Positions 1 to 9,076 of a DNA stretch of 56,257 nt are shown in pieces; the first letter of the stretch is position 1; every line of letters starts with the position of its first letter. Source of the stretch: a virus. Its lineage: Duplodnaviria; Caudoviricetes. A program made the position numbers and the translations under genes. Below the pieces are notes generated by a model. That model saw nothing but the letters and a program-made list of their open reading frames with translations, was not told where the DNA came from and ran no database searches. The DNA is taken from IMG/VR virus record IMGVR_UViG_3300037478_000584, positions 1 to 56,257 of that record. The stretch is one strand, 5' to 3'.

Positions 1-44
1 GGCTCCCACCGTGCCGCCAGATTCGTCTCGTCGTGTTCTGTCAT
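1..44 (-). CDS. 5' part of a hypothetical gene running off the window (MTEHDETNLAARWE...)
   Basis: ATG at 44 lies 6 nt downstream of a GCTTATGA-17-GATGAT promoter motif; the frame is open to the window edge. Confidence 0.5.
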   Translation of the reverse strand, partial: MTEHDETNLAARWE

Positions 45-50
45 GCCGCA

Positions 51-81
51 ATCATCGCTCATCGTCGCCACCCTCATAAGC
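51..81 (-). promoter_or_regulatory. GCTTATG-class promoter (TTATGA 79-74, 17 bp, GATGAT 56-51), leaderless
   Basis: Same architecture as 7 other copies; the TGCGGC-ATG junction is identical to the copy at 53292. Confidence 0.6.
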
Positions 82-441
82 GCTCGCCGCGGCCAGCACG
101 TGACCGACATGCGTTTTCGCGCGCTCGGCCGAAAGCACGAGGAACGCATCGCCAATCCCGAAGCAGACCCGACCGGCGCATGCCGACCAGACCCGCAACG
201 TCTCGCCGTCTACGCCACGCGCCGCTTCCTCCGGCGCCGCACGGTCGCACGCGTTCGATACGTGCACGGCGTGGCTGACCGCATCGCTGTGCAGCAGCCG
301 TACCCCCGCAACGTGGCCGTCGCTCTCCGTGATCTCGACGACGATGGTCGTACCGTGCCCGTGCGTGCTGACGATGATCGCATTACCGGCTCCGTCCGGG
401 ACGATGCGTTGCCGCCAGGTGCTTTTCGGGGCGTGGCTCAC
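52..441 (-). CDS. hypothetical protein
   Basis: 129 aa ORF, GTGA-overlap coupled to the endolysin. Confidence 0.55.
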   Translation of the reverse strand: MSHAPKSTWRQRIVPDGAGNAIIVSTHGHGTTIVVEITESDGHVAGVRLLHSDAVSHAVHVSNACDRAAPEEAARGVDGETLRVWSACAGRVCFGIGDAFLVLSAERAKTHVGHVLAAASAYEGGDDER

Positions 442-1823
442 TGGCCAGCTTGGGCGCGCACCGCCTCGATCAGCGCCGGAATGCGGTCGACGATCTTCCC
501 GGGGCAGCCCGTAGCGGCGTACTTCCGGTGGTACACGATCGGCAGCTCACCGAACTGCGACCGCGCTTGAAGGTACGCCACGAGCCGCACCAGCGCGTTC
601 CACTGCGCGGCCGGCATGATGTCGACCGAATGCGTGTAGTCGCCCTCGATCTCAATGCCCCAATGGTCGTGGTTCTTCCCGGCGCAGTGCGCACCGGCAA
701 TCACCCTGCCGCGCTCTGCGTTGCTGAGCGAACCGACCCGACCCTCAAGCACGACGCCGCCCTTCGTGACGCTGAAGTGCTGGCCCGTGTCGACCCAGCC
801 GCGGCCCTGCATGTGGCTCACTTGCAGATTGCGGGCGAGCTTGACCGCCAGGGCCATCTCCAGTTCGGGCGTAGCGGCCGGCTGCCGGTTCGCTCCGGTC
901 ACGCCCGCCTTGGCCCCGAGCGCCATGTGGTGGAGCAGGATGCCGCGAGCCGGAAGCGAGGCGCTCTCGGCCCGTGGCTTCACGGCTCCCCATTCGCTGG
1001 CCGGAACGATCCGGAACGCGGACAGGTTCGGAACGATGAGGTCCGGCTTGGTCGGCATCTCGTCGTGGTCGTCCCGCCATTGCTGCGTCGCTGCTTCCGT
1101 CTCGTCGCCGTGGTCACCGTCCGCACCGTACCGCGGCAGCTTGTAGCCATGCGCCAAGAGGTACCTTTGCCAGGCCGTCACGGCCGGTCCACGGTCTCCG
1201 GGGCGCGTCGGGGTAGGCTCGGACGGTTGCGGCGCGGGCGGCTTCTCAGGGGGCGTGGCGGGCGCTACGTCGCGCACGACCCGGAGCGTCTGGGAATAGT
1301 CCACATGCCGCCGATCGTGGGCGGCCCCGACGTCTTGCCACATGTGGAGCCCATTGGCGCGGAGCTTGGCGCCACTGCCAGGCACGTCGACGAACCCGTA
1401 ATTCCAAGCGCGCCCAGCCGGTGCGCCAGCGAGCCAGAGCTTGCCGTGCCCGGTCACCATCTCGCAGTCGGTTGCCTGCGCGTCGCACGCCCGAGAGTGC
1501 GCTACGATAGCCTCGGCGCTCGCCGAAACGGGACGCACCAGAACAGGCGGCACGAAGCGGGCAGCGTGGAACATGGCATCCGCCTCGGCTTTGGTGGGCA
1601 GGCGCGCGCCGAGAATGGCCGCCGCTTCAAGTGCCGACGCGTACGACAGGCAGATGCGCACGCCATCGACCTTGATCGCGGTGCTCCACTCGACATTGCC
1701 GACGCGATGCCATGAGCAGGTGTAGCGATGCGCGCGGAGAGCGGACAGCCACGCGACCTCGCGGGAGGTCAGTTCGGAGGCGGTCGGCTCGCTAGGGGCG
1801 GGAGAAAGCGTGACGATGGGCAT
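438..1823 (-). CDS. endolysin: unknown N-terminal domain + peptidoglycan-binding domain + N-acetylmuramoyl-L-alanine amidase (Amidase_2/PGRP-like)
   Basis: GDRGPAVTAWQRYL...GADGDHGDETEAAT (PG_binding_1-like); ILLHH, GWVDTGQHF, GAHC, GIEIEG, HR...TGCPG amidase motifs. Confidence 0.85.
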   Translation of the reverse strand: MPIVTLSPAPSEPTASELTSREVAWLSALRAHRYTCSWHRVGNVEWSTAIKVDGVRICLSYASALEAAAILGARLPTKAEADAMFHAARFVPPVLVRPVSASAEAIVAHSRACDAQATDCEMVTGHGKLWLAGAPAGRAWNYGFVDVPGSGAKLRANGLHMWQDVGAAHDRRHVDYSQTLRVVRDVAPATPPEKPPAPQPSEPTPTRPGDRGPAVTAWQRYLLAHGYKLPRYGADGDHGDETEAATQQWRDDHDEMPTKPDLIVPNLSAFRIVPASEWGAVKPRAESASLPARGILLHHMALGAKAGVTGANRQPAATPELEMALAVKLARNLQVSHMQGRGWVDTGQHFSVTKGGVVLEGRVGSLSNAERGRVIAGAHCAGKNHDHWGIEIEGDYTHSVDIMPAAQWNALVRLVAYLQARSQFGELPIVYHRKYAATGCPGKIVDRIPALIEAVRAQAGQ

Positions 1824-1873
1824 AGTGGTTCCGCGCGGTTAGAAGAAAGTTTCAGAAAAGCGACCCGGGGGCC

Positions 1874-1911
1874 TTGCGCTAGTATGCGGCATGGTGCATA
1901 CTAGGTGCATG
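1874..1911 (+). promoter_or_regulatory. sigma70-like leaderless promoter (TTGCGC-17-CATACT-6-ATG) overlapped by operator-like inverted repeat CTAGTATG-N10-CATACTAG
   Basis: Seen in sequence; near-identical copy at 3693-3730. Confidence 0.8.
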
Positions 1912-2079
1912 AAGACGACGGCATCCAAGGTCACCCGCCACACCGAGCTGGTCCCCCGCGCCCGCCCGCACCGGAGCACTCACCGTATGGTCACCACGTG
2001 GCTCGTTACGCTGCCGTGCGGCGAGGTTAAGGTGTTTGCGACCAGGCGCGAGGCGCTCGCCTTCGCGGCGAAGCAGTGA
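1909..2079 (+). CDS. small hypothetical protein (MKTTASK...)
   Basis: ATG 6 nt after the -10 box. Confidence 0.6.
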   Translation: MKTTASKVTRHTELVPRARPHRSTHRMVTTWLVTLPCGEVKVFATRREALAFAAKQ

Positions 2080-2140
2080 CCAGTCATCAGCCTGCCCCAG
2101 CCCGAGAGCGAAAGCCTCGGGCCTTTCCGGTGTGAGCACC

Positions 2141-2386
2141 ATGCAAACCGCAGCCGAAGCCCAGCGAATCCTCACCACCATGCTACGAGGCTGCATGAGC
2201 GAGCGCGGCCCGCAGGAAGGCGCCAAGTGGTTCGCGCGCACCCTGACGCACCGCTACGGCGAGAACGGCGCGCGCGTCGCCGTCGCGATCGTAGCCCGCG
2301 AACTGTCGCACGACGGACAGCCGGAGAAAGCCGCCGACCTTCTCGTTTCGTTCCACCGCGCCATCAACGAAAGCGCCACCCAATGA
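2141..2386 (+). CDS. hypothetical protein
   Basis: First of a series of stop/start-overlapping small ORFs. Confidence 0.55.
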   Translation: MQTAAEAQRILTTMLRGCMSERGPQEGAKWFARTLTHRYGENGARVAVAIVARELSHDGQPEKAADLLVSFHRAINESATQ

Positions 2387-2781
2387 GCATCATCAAGCAA
2401 GCCCGCGACCTACAGGTAGGCGACCAGTGCGTAGAGCGCGACGGAGCGCTCCTGACCGTGACGGCCACCGAGCGCCTTGGCCGCGATGTCGTGGTCGTCT
2501 GGGGCTGGCTCGGGTCGGCATGCCCATGTCCGACGCGCTTCCGCGGCACCAGACGGCTTCACGTCTTCGCGCCCGCGGTGGAGTTCGGCGACGAGACCAT
2601 CGTGCGCATCCTCGACACGGACACCGACGAAGAGGAGTGGCGCGGACCGTGGGCAGAGTTTCGCGCCGCGAACGCCGATGACGATGAGGTGGTCGAGGTA
2701 GAATCGATGTTGCGCAGTGGACTGGCCGGCTACATGGGCGGCGGCGCGCAACCGTGCGTGCGGATCGAGGTGGTGTCGTGA
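2383..2781 (+). CDS. hypothetical protein
   Basis: ATGA overlap with the previous ORF; starts MSIIKQARDLQVGD. Confidence 0.6.
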   Translation: MSIIKQARDLQVGDQCVERDGALLTVTATERLGRDVVVVWGWLGSACPCPTRFRGTRRLHVFAPAVEFGDETIVRILDTDTDEEEWRGPWAEFRAANADDDEVVEVESMLRSGLAGYMGGGAQPCVRIEVVS

Positions 2782-3020
2782 ACGTCCTTCTATTGTCCGA
2801 GGTGGCCGAACACGAGCGCGACCTGGCGCGCCAACTCCTGGCCATGGCGCGCGAGCACACCATTGGCGATGTGGTGAGCATCGACACGCAAGGGCCGGAG
2901 CCGTTCGGGATCTGGCTCGGCGTTGGCGACGAAGATGACGACCTGATCGGCACCGGCGAGACGCTCAGCGAGGCGATGGCCGATGCGATCGTGACGATGC
3001 GGAAGTGGGAGGCGCGATGA
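2778..3020 (+). CDS. hypothetical acidic protein
   Basis: GTGA overlap, GAGG RBS. Confidence 0.6.
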   Translation: MNVLLLSEVAEHERDLARQLLAMAREHTIGDVVSIDTQGPEPFGIWLGVGDEDDDLIGTGETLSEAMADAIVTMRKWEAR

Positions 3021-3262
3021 TCACCACCTTCAGCGAGGCTGCACTGATCGTGGCGGACGCCATCGGGCGAAGCGCTGAACGCGGAGAGGACGTCACGATC
3101 GACGCTGTTCGACATCGGGACGCCATCTGCGCAGCGCTGCGCGCCGCTTGCGATTCGTGGGCGCCGAGCTTCGACGGCGACCTCTATCGCGGCGAGCGCG
3201 AGGACGAGGACGGCGACATGGCCGAGTGGTGCGTCACGGTGCTGAGATGGGAGGCCAGTTGA
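3017..3262 (+). CDS. hypothetical protein
   Basis: ATGA overlap, GGAGG RBS. Confidence 0.6.
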   Translation: MITTFSEAALIVADAIGRSAERGEDVTIDAVRHRDAICAALRAACDSWAPSFDGDLYRGEREDEDGDMAEWCVTVLRWEAS

Positions 3263-3420
3263 TGGATCGCAGGACGTGGACCCCAGCGGGACCAAGGCTT
3301 CAGCGCTGCCTGATCTGCGGCGCGATTGTCAGCACGAACGCGCTTGCCCGCGCCAGTCATGAGCGCGGCAATCGTCATCTAGAGGCGCTGTCGCGAAAGC
3401 AGAAGAACAGGCCAGCATGA
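3262..3420 (+). CDS. small C2H2-like zinc finger protein
   Basis: CLICG-x10-HERGNRH; GGAGG RBS; TGATG overlap. Confidence 0.55.
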   Translation: MDRRTWTPAGPRLQRCLICGAIVSTNALARASHERGNRHLEALSRKQKNRPA

Positions 3421-3689
3421 CCCTAGCCGAAAGCATCGCCACGATCCGCGCCGCACGCCACGCCGAGGAGCTGGCCGCCGGCATCGTCACTGGCGGTCGC
3501 TACACGATGCGGGCCTGCGCGGAGCGGGCCGGGTGGGGGGAGACCACAGCGGCGCGGAACCGGTGGTACCTGTACGAGGCGGGGCGGGTGGCAAACCCAT
3601 CGCTCGCTGTGCTGGGAAAACTTTCGCGCGGCCTAAACGTGAGTCTTTCCAGGCTGTTGCGAGGCGTCGACGAAATACCCGAGAAATAG
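3417..3689 (+). CDS. XRE/Cro-family HTH transcriptional regulator
   Basis: TMRACAERAG...WYLYEAGRVANPSLAVLGKLSRGLNVSLSRLL matches the HTH_3 pattern. Confidence 0.8.
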   Translation: MTLAESIATIRAARHAEELAAGIVTGGRYTMRACAERAGWGETTAARNRWYLYEAGRVANPSLAVLGKLSRGLNVSLSRLLRGVDEIPEK

Positions 3690-3692
3690 TGG

Positions 3693-3730
3693 TTGCGCTA
3701 GTATGCGTTCGGACCCATACTAGGGACATG
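3693..3730 (+). promoter_or_regulatory. second copy of the leaderless promoter/operator (TTGCGC-17-CATACT-6-ATG; CTAGTATG-N10-CATACTAG)
   Basis: Seen in sequence, directly after the HTH gene. Confidence 0.8.
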
Positions 3731-4063
3731 AAGACGACGACGATGATTCACCGCGCCGCAGAGTACACGTTCGGCGCCGACCAGTCGGGCCAGGTCGTCA
3801 CGGTGCGCGACGCAGAGTTCCGCGTCGGGGCCTTGCTGGGCGAGTCGTTCGGCAACGTCGACGGCTCGCAGGTGTGGCACCGTCGCTATGAGCTGGAGCC
3901 CGTGTCGGAGCGCATCACCATTCGCGACGGCTACAGCGGTACGTCGCGGCGCCGCACGGAAGGCGCCACCCTGACCGTGTACGAGGACGGAACGGCGTTT
4001 GCCAGTTGCGCCGCATGGGGCTGGATCGTGTCGCGAGACTCGGTCCGGTTCGTGCCGCGATGA
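3728..4063 (+). CDS. hypothetical protein (MKTTTMIH...)
   Basis: Leaderless ATG; same ATGAAGACGACG start as the 1909 ORF. Confidence 0.6.
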   Translation: MKTTTMIHRAAEYTFGADQSGQVVTVRDAEFRVGALLGESFGNVDGSQVWHRRYELEPVSERITIRDGYSGTSRRRTEGATLTVYEDGTAFASCAAWGWIVSRDSVRFVPR

Positions 4064-4371
4064 TCCGTCTCCACCTCGGCGCGCAGCAACTCAGCGCGCT
4101 GGAAATCAACCTCACCGATCCGGCGCACGACGACGACCGCGAGCCGTGGTGGCCCACGGTGGACGGTCGCGCGCTAGTGTTCGACGAATCGCACCGGAGC
4201 GAGGTCGCGTCGCTACTGACCGACCTGGCGAACAGCGAGGATTACCTGGCGGAGCGTGACGGGTGCGCGTTTGCCAAGGCGGCGCGAGAGGCGCTGACCA
4301 CGTTGTCGATGCGGGTGAGACGCGGAAGGCCTCGGACCATAGCGGACCGAGGCGGGAGGATTGGATCATGA
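4060..4371 (+). CDS. hypothetical protein
   Basis: ATGA overlap. Confidence 0.55.
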   Translation: MIRLHLGAQQLSALEINLTDPAHDDDREPWWPTVDGRALVFDESHRSEVASLLTDLANSEDYLAERDGCAFAKAAREALTTLSMRVRRGRPRTIADRGGRIGS

Positions 4372-4649
4372 ACGACACGGAACTCGACATCACGATCGAG
4401 CTGGACGGCACCGTGTACGAGTTGACGGTGCACGTCGAGTGGTACCAAGACGATGGCTCACTACATGACGTGCACATCGTAGATGGCGGCGAGTGGTATC
4501 CCGCCGGCACGTGGCTACCGCTGCTGCAAAGCCAATGCGACACTCTAGAAGGCAAGCACTACGACGCGATCCGCAGCGCAACCTTCCACGCTCTGCACGA
4601 CCGCGATGAACGCGCCGCTATGGCCCGCGCCGGACGGTCGCGGTACTAG
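4368..4649 (+). CDS. hypothetical acidic protein
   Basis: ATGA overlap, GGAGG RBS. Confidence 0.6.
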   Translation: MNDTELDITIELDGTVYELTVHVEWYQDDGSLHDVHIVDGGEWYPAGTWLPLLQSQCDTLEGKHYDAIRSATFHALHDRDERAAMARAGRSRY

Positions 4650-5251
4650 CGCAACGCCTCGCACTGCGCCGCACCGAACCCAGCCGCTCTGGCCCGCTCC
4701 GCACCGTCAGGATGCACGACGCCCTCAACCGTGCTGGCCAGCCACGCCTGGAATGGCGCAACGTCCCGGCCAAGCAACGTTAGCATGCAGCCCGCATACG
4801 CATCGGCGCTGAGCTCCTCGCGCCGGCACGCAGCGACCTGCTCGGCGGTAGGCCCCGCCCCGCACCGGGACGCTGTGCCGCGGTGCGCTGCATACGAATG
4901 GCCCAGCTCATGAGCGAAGATTCCCACCACTGCCGACTTGCCGTGCCGTGCCTCGGCGCGCAGCATGCGTTCCCTGTCGTACCGCAGCAGCGGGTTACGG
5001 TGCCGGCCCGCAAAGTCCACGGTCGCAACGCTGGCGGTCTCGGCGGGCCGAATCTCAACGGGCGGGCACGTTGGGCAAACGCGACGGTGCGCAGCGTGCG
5101 CCTCGGCGTAGGACGCTTCAACCTCGCCGATGGCCACGGAGATGATGAGCGTGAGAGACTCGGCGCGGGGCGGAGCGGGCTGGAGCGTACAGGCTACCGT
5201 CGCAAGGGCCAGCGCCATGATGGCGAGGACTGCGACGGCTACGGTGCGCAC
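4646..5251 (-). CDS. putative lipoprotein zinc metallopeptidase (HExxH, M48/ImmA-like)
   Basis: Hydrophobic signal ending ATVAC; IFAHELGH; EELSADAYAG; HPDGAER. Confidence 0.7.
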   Translation of the reverse strand: MRTVAVAVLAIMALALATVACTLQPAPPRAESLTLIISVAIGEVEASYAEAHAAHRRVCPTCPPVEIRPAETASVATVDFAGRHRNPLLRYDRERMLRAEARHGKSAVVGIFAHELGHSYAAHRGTASRCGAGPTAEQVAACRREELSADAYAGCMLTLLGRDVAPFQAWLASTVEGVVHPDGAERARAAGFGAAQCEALR

Positions 5252-5290
5252 CGTCTAAGATTGCCCGCGGCGGTGAGGTTTCATGAGCAC

Positions 5291-5809
5291 CTACCCGAGC
5301 CGCGTCGGCCGTGGCGGACTGTTGCGGCGCGTGCGTTCGTCGACCTTCGTTTCCAGCACGGTCAAACGGTGCTCCAGCGTCTCGAGTTTGCTGTCCGTCT
5401 CGCTGTGGTGCCGATCCATCCGCGTCGAAAGCCTGTCTTCGGTGCCGGTGATCCGCTGCGAAAGCTCCGCGCCCATGTTCGTGATCATCTGACTGATCGG
5501 CGCGAGGCTCTCCACCAAGGTACGGTCCGTCAGCCGGTCGATGGGCGCAACGACTTGGGCCGGCGAGGTCCACGACGGATAGCCCTGTGCCTGCCACGGT
5601 CCGGACCCGTCCGCGTTGCTCTGTAGCGGCGCTCTCTGTGGCGGCACCTGGGGAGGCGGCGGGTTACCCATCGCATGCGCCGCAGCGCTTCCTGCGGTCA
5701 CCTGGGGCGGTTCCTGGCCGCCCCTGAGCGCCTTGGCAAGCATGGTCGCGGCGCCGGTGAGCAGCAGACCGACCAGGCTGAAGAGCGCCACGTAGAATTC
5801 CGTCGGCAT
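5291..5809 (-). CDS. membrane-anchored protein with coiled-coil C-terminus (lysis-region, holin-like)
   Basis: N-terminal TM segment; C-terminal heptad pattern. Confidence 0.5.
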   Translation of the reverse strand: MPTEFYVALFSLVGLLLTGAATMLAKALRGGQEPPQVTAGSAAAHAMGNPPPPQVPPQRAPLQSNADGSGPWQAQGYPSWTSPAQVVAPIDRLTDRTLVESLAPISQMITNMGAELSQRITGTEDRLSTRMDRHHSETDSKLETLEHRLTVLETKVDERTRRNSPPRPTRLG

Positions 5810-6015
5810 CAGTCGAGGTCCTCGTACGGGTCGTCGGGCATGTTCGGCCCCGGTGCGCCCGGGCGCGATGGCTTGCGGTCCGCAGCGTCCAGCGCGTCCC
5901 GAACCGCCTCGTCGCGCTCACGCTCCACCTCGGCGGGAGACGGTTCCTCAAAGGCCTTCCGGAGCGGAGGGATGAGGACCGCAATCAGCTCAACGATCGT
6001 CTTCAGCCAGCTCAT
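5809..6015 (-). CDS. small hypothetical protein
   Basis: MSWLKTIVELIAVLIPPL amphipathic N-terminus; coupled to neighbours. Confidence 0.5.
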   Translation of the reverse strand: MSWLKTIVELIAVLIPPLRKAFEEPSPAEVERERDEAVRDALDAADRKPSRPGAPGPNMPDDPYEDLD

Positions 6016-6259
6016 CGCGCACCCTTTCGATCTCGTCAACAGCGTCAGCGCCAAGCTCGGCGAATTGCTGCACGTACCGCGCCTGCACGTCCGCGATGCA
6101 CCGGAGCATGTCCTCTCGGTACTGAGTGAGCCGGTCGCATTGCTGCAACTCGGCACGGTGGGCGGACTGTAGCGCAACGGCGCGGCACGGTTCGGCGCAT
6201 CCGGTGAGCCATAATGCGGCCAGAAGTGTGGCGGCGGGTAGAGTTTTGGCTAGGTTCAT
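5990..6259 (-). CDS. lipoprotein (possible spanin component)
   Basis: Lipobox LWLTGC; ATGA overlap with the upstream gene. Confidence 0.55.
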   Translation of the reverse strand: MNLAKTLPAATLLAALWLTGCAEPCRAVALQSAHRAELQQCDRLTQYREDMLRCIADVQARYVQQFAELGADAVDEIERVRDELAEDDR

Positions 6260-6624
6260 GGGGAGTCTTTCAGGGACGGGACGACGAGGAACACGATCCA
6301 ATCGTCGGCACGGTTCGGGAAGGTGAGGACCGCGCCGCTCGGCAACGTGACGACGAACTCGCCCACGTACGTACCGACCACGTCCGTATCGCCAGCCGCC
6401 CAATCGTGCCGCACCTCGCCAGTGGTAGCGCTCACCACCGTAGCGACCCGGGACTTCACGACGGCGCCGGACTTCGGCGTCACGCGGCCACGTGGCGCGC
6501 TCTCTGCCGGAGACCAGCGGAACGTGACGGTCGCACCGGTGAGGTTCTGCGCTGTGCCGTCACTGAAACCGAGCGTGCGGGTGAGTGGCGGTCCGGTGTC
6601 GCCCTGTTTGATCGACGTCGTCAT
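6256..6624 (-). CDS. BppU-N-like virion protein
   Basis: IKQGDT...NLTGATVTF...GEVRHDW...DTDVVGTYVGEFVVT...LTFP is typical of this family. Confidence 0.7.
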   Translation of the reverse strand: MTTSIKQGDTGPPLTRTLGFSDGTAQNLTGATVTFRWSPAESAPRGRVTPKSGAVVKSRVATVVSATTGEVRHDWAAGDTDVVGTYVGEFVVTLPSGAVLTFPNRADDWIVFLVVPSLKDSP

Positions 6625-6974
6625 GTGCTTGCCGCTGTGGTCAGGTCGTCGCCGGTCGCAATGGTTCGCGGCGGCGGGGCGCTCTCATTGGCCGTGTGCT
6701 CCGGCTCGCTACCGATGGCCGCGCAGTTGCACGGCTCGCCATCCGCAACGGATTGCAACGTCTCGCCGCGGACCACGGCGATCGGGTCGGCGCCGCTCAC
6801 GGAGAGCACCAGCCCGGAGCCGAGCGCAACCGACCATGGCCGCGGCCCACGTGCCGTGCATTCCGCGCCGGGCGGGAAGACGGAGGGGCGTGCCAGTCCG
6901 AGCAGACCGAGCGACGCGATAGGGAGCGCGCCGTAGCCGACGCCGAGAACCGCAACGGAGCGAGCATCAAGCAT
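6621..6974 (-). CDS. hypothetical tail-associated protein
   Basis: ORF coupled to both neighbours in the tail-fibre block. Confidence 0.45.
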   Translation of the reverse strand: MLDARSVAVLGVGYGALPIASLGLLGLARPSVFPPGAECTARGPRPWSVALGSGLVLSVSGADPIAVVRGETLQSVADGEPCNCAAIGSEPEHTANESAPPPRTIATGDDLTTAAST

Positions 6975-7620
6975 CGCTCCGTGCCACCGTGACGGTGCCG
7001 TCGTCGTCCGTGATCGACTGGTCGATTGCGCCAGCGGTGCGGCTCGTTGCGGTCACGACGAGCGGCTCCGTAGCGTCGAGGCCCATCAGTTGCCACAACT
7101 CCCGGAGCATGGCCAGCTGAGCGGTCGTGAGCGAAACGGTGTCGCCTGGTGCGGCGCGTGACGAGACGGCCACGTCCAGTGCGGCGCGGGACTCTGCGAG
7201 CTGTTGCGCCTGCTCAGTGGTCAGGACGCTTCCGCCCTGGACCGTGATGATCTCGGCGGCTGGCGGTTCGTATTCGACGATGATTTTGCTTGTGGCGCTG
7301 AGCGTCGACATGTCGAAGCATGCCGGTCCGCTCTGGCCGTTGTCGGTGATCTGCTCGCCGGTCACTGACAGGGTGTGGCTCACGTCTTCCGGCACGACGC
7401 GCCAGCCCAGGCGGAAGGTGACGAGGCGGGGTGTGAAACGACCCTGGCCCTTGGCCTGGTTGCCCGAGGCGACGAGTGGTGCATCGAATCCGCGAAGCGC
7501 CTCGTCAGTGCGACGCAGCGCCCGCATCTCGCGGTACATGTCAATCGGATGGTACGAGCGCACCCCGGCGGCGAGGTAGATTCGCTTCGCTACGGGGTCG
7601 ACGCTTCCGATGACGGGCAT
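6967..7620 (-). CDS. tail-fibre-associated virion protein
   Basis: 217 aa; C-terminal LRELWQLMGLD...TSRTAGAIDQSI motif of phage fibre-associated proteins. Confidence 0.55.
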   Translation of the reverse strand: MPVIGSVDPVAKRIYLAAGVRSYHPIDMYREMRALRRTDEALRGFDAPLVASGNQAKGQGRFTPRLVTFRLGWRVVPEDVSHTLSVTGEQITDNGQSGPACFDMSTLSATSKIIVEYEPPAAEIITVQGGSVLTTEQAQQLAESRAALDVAVSSRAAPGDTVSLTTAQLAMLRELWQLMGLDATEPLVVTATSRTAGAIDQSITDDDGTVTVARSDA

Positions 7621-7630
7621 GGTCTACCTT

Positions 7631-9076
7631 CTACGTATTCGTCTCCAAGCCCGGTGATGCCGTCACGCCCACGATTGGCGAGCGCGTGATCGTTGCACTC
7701 GTCTTTGCCTGCGTCGCAACGCCGTCGCCCTCGCACTCCACCACAATGGCGAGCGAGTCGGGAGCGTGGTCGCTTCCGTCGAAGTCATACGATAGGCTGA
7801 TGACGGTCTGCGAAGAGACGAGTCCCTTCATGGGCGATGCGCTTGCGTCAAGCACCGTCTCGGCGCCGGGCGTACCGTAGCCATCCGCTTTCCAGACGTG
7901 GAACCAAGAGTTGGCATCAGCGGCCGCGTTGGCGCCAACCGTGATGTTGAGCTGCACGAGGAAGGGATAGGTCTTCTGCGCCGCTGCGTCGTCCGTGAAC
8001 ACGATGCGCTGCTGATCGACAACAGGCACGTTCTCGATGAACAGGCCGAGCGAGTCGGCGCCGGAACGTGTAACGACGCGACCCTGCGCATCGTAGCCGT
8101 ACCATGTCCGCACGCGCTTGCCCTGCGTGTTCGTGACGGCGCCACTGTCAATGTCGTCGTCGGTCTGCGCCAGTGCGTCGAGGAACGCCACGCATTCGTC
8201 GAGCGTTCCGTTCGCAGCGTTGTGGAGCACCCACGTGAAGTTACCGTCCGCTTGCGTGAAGCCGCCTTCCGTCTGTGGCGAGGCGAGCTTCTCCAGCGAC
8301 ATGCCGGTCCACGGCGCGATCTGTCCGCCGCCGTACACGTCAGCCAGGGCGTATGCGCCGGTCGTAAGGTGAGGCGACTCGCCGATAGCGAACCCAGCCG
8401 AGAAGCCGGACATCTCGGCAATGCCGGAGTCGACCAGCGTCTTCTCGTCGTACGTGAATCCGAACGTGCGGATCTTGTTGCTCAGAAAGTCGAGGCTAGA
8501 GAAGTTGCCCGCGCCCGCGTCGCCATTGGCCGTCGACCCGAAGACCTGCACGGCCTCATCGATCGGTCCGTCCTTTGCGAAGTCGACCGGAGCGCCGCCC
8601 TCCGTCAACTGGAAGTAAGCCTGGCTCGTCTCCTCCACGTTCCCAAGCGAGCGGACGCCGAAGTACACACGATCCACGTTGCCGTTCGTGGCGCGCTCGA
8701 TCCAGCCAGAGCCGCGAAGCTTCGCCCGGTCGCTGCCCGCGAACTTGCGGCCATTGATCAACTCGTACGCACCGGCGAACTTGAACGTGCCGGCCAGTGC
8801 CGAATCGTACTGCCGCAGGAACTCATTGACGCGCCGACGCTGCCGCTCGAATGCGTACACGGCGCCAATGAAGATGCCGACCCGATCCGTCAGCGGGTTG
8901 TCTTCCAGACCACTGCCGAGGTCGACTTGCGCCAACTCCTCGCGCGTGATCAACTCGACCGTGCCGTTGGTCACGTCGAAGAAAATGTTTCCGTCGGGTG
9001 AGCCGGCGCGCCCCTCGGTCGACTCCACTAGGAGCGTCGAGTAGTTGTCGAGCGTGATTAGCGTAGGAGCGGCCAT
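7631..9076 (-). CDS. virion (tail) protein
   Basis: 481 aa acidic beta-rich ORF within the tail block. Confidence 0.55.
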   Translation of the reverse strand: MAAPTLITLDNYSTLLVESTEGRAGSPDGNIFFDVTNGTVELITREELAQVDLGSGLEDNPLTDRVGIFIGAVYAFERQRRRVNEFLRQYDSALAGTFKFAGAYELINGRKFAGSDRAKLRGSGWIERATNGNVDRVYFGVRSLGNVEETSQAYFQLTEGGAPVDFAKDGPIDEAVQVFGSTANGDAGAGNFSSLDFLSNKIRTFGFTYDEKTLVDSGIAEMSGFSAGFAIGESPHLTTGAYALADVYGGGQIAPWTGMSLEKLASPQTEGGFTQADGNFTWVLHNAANGTLDECVAFLDALAQTDDDIDSGAVTNTQGKRVRTWYGYDAQGRVVTRSGADSLGLFIENVPVVDQQRIVFTDDAAAQKTYPFLVQLNITVGANAAADANSWFHVWKADGYGTPGAETVLDASASPMKGLVSSQTVISLSYDFDGSDHAPDSLAIVVECEGDGVATQAKTSATITRSPIVGVTASPGLETNT

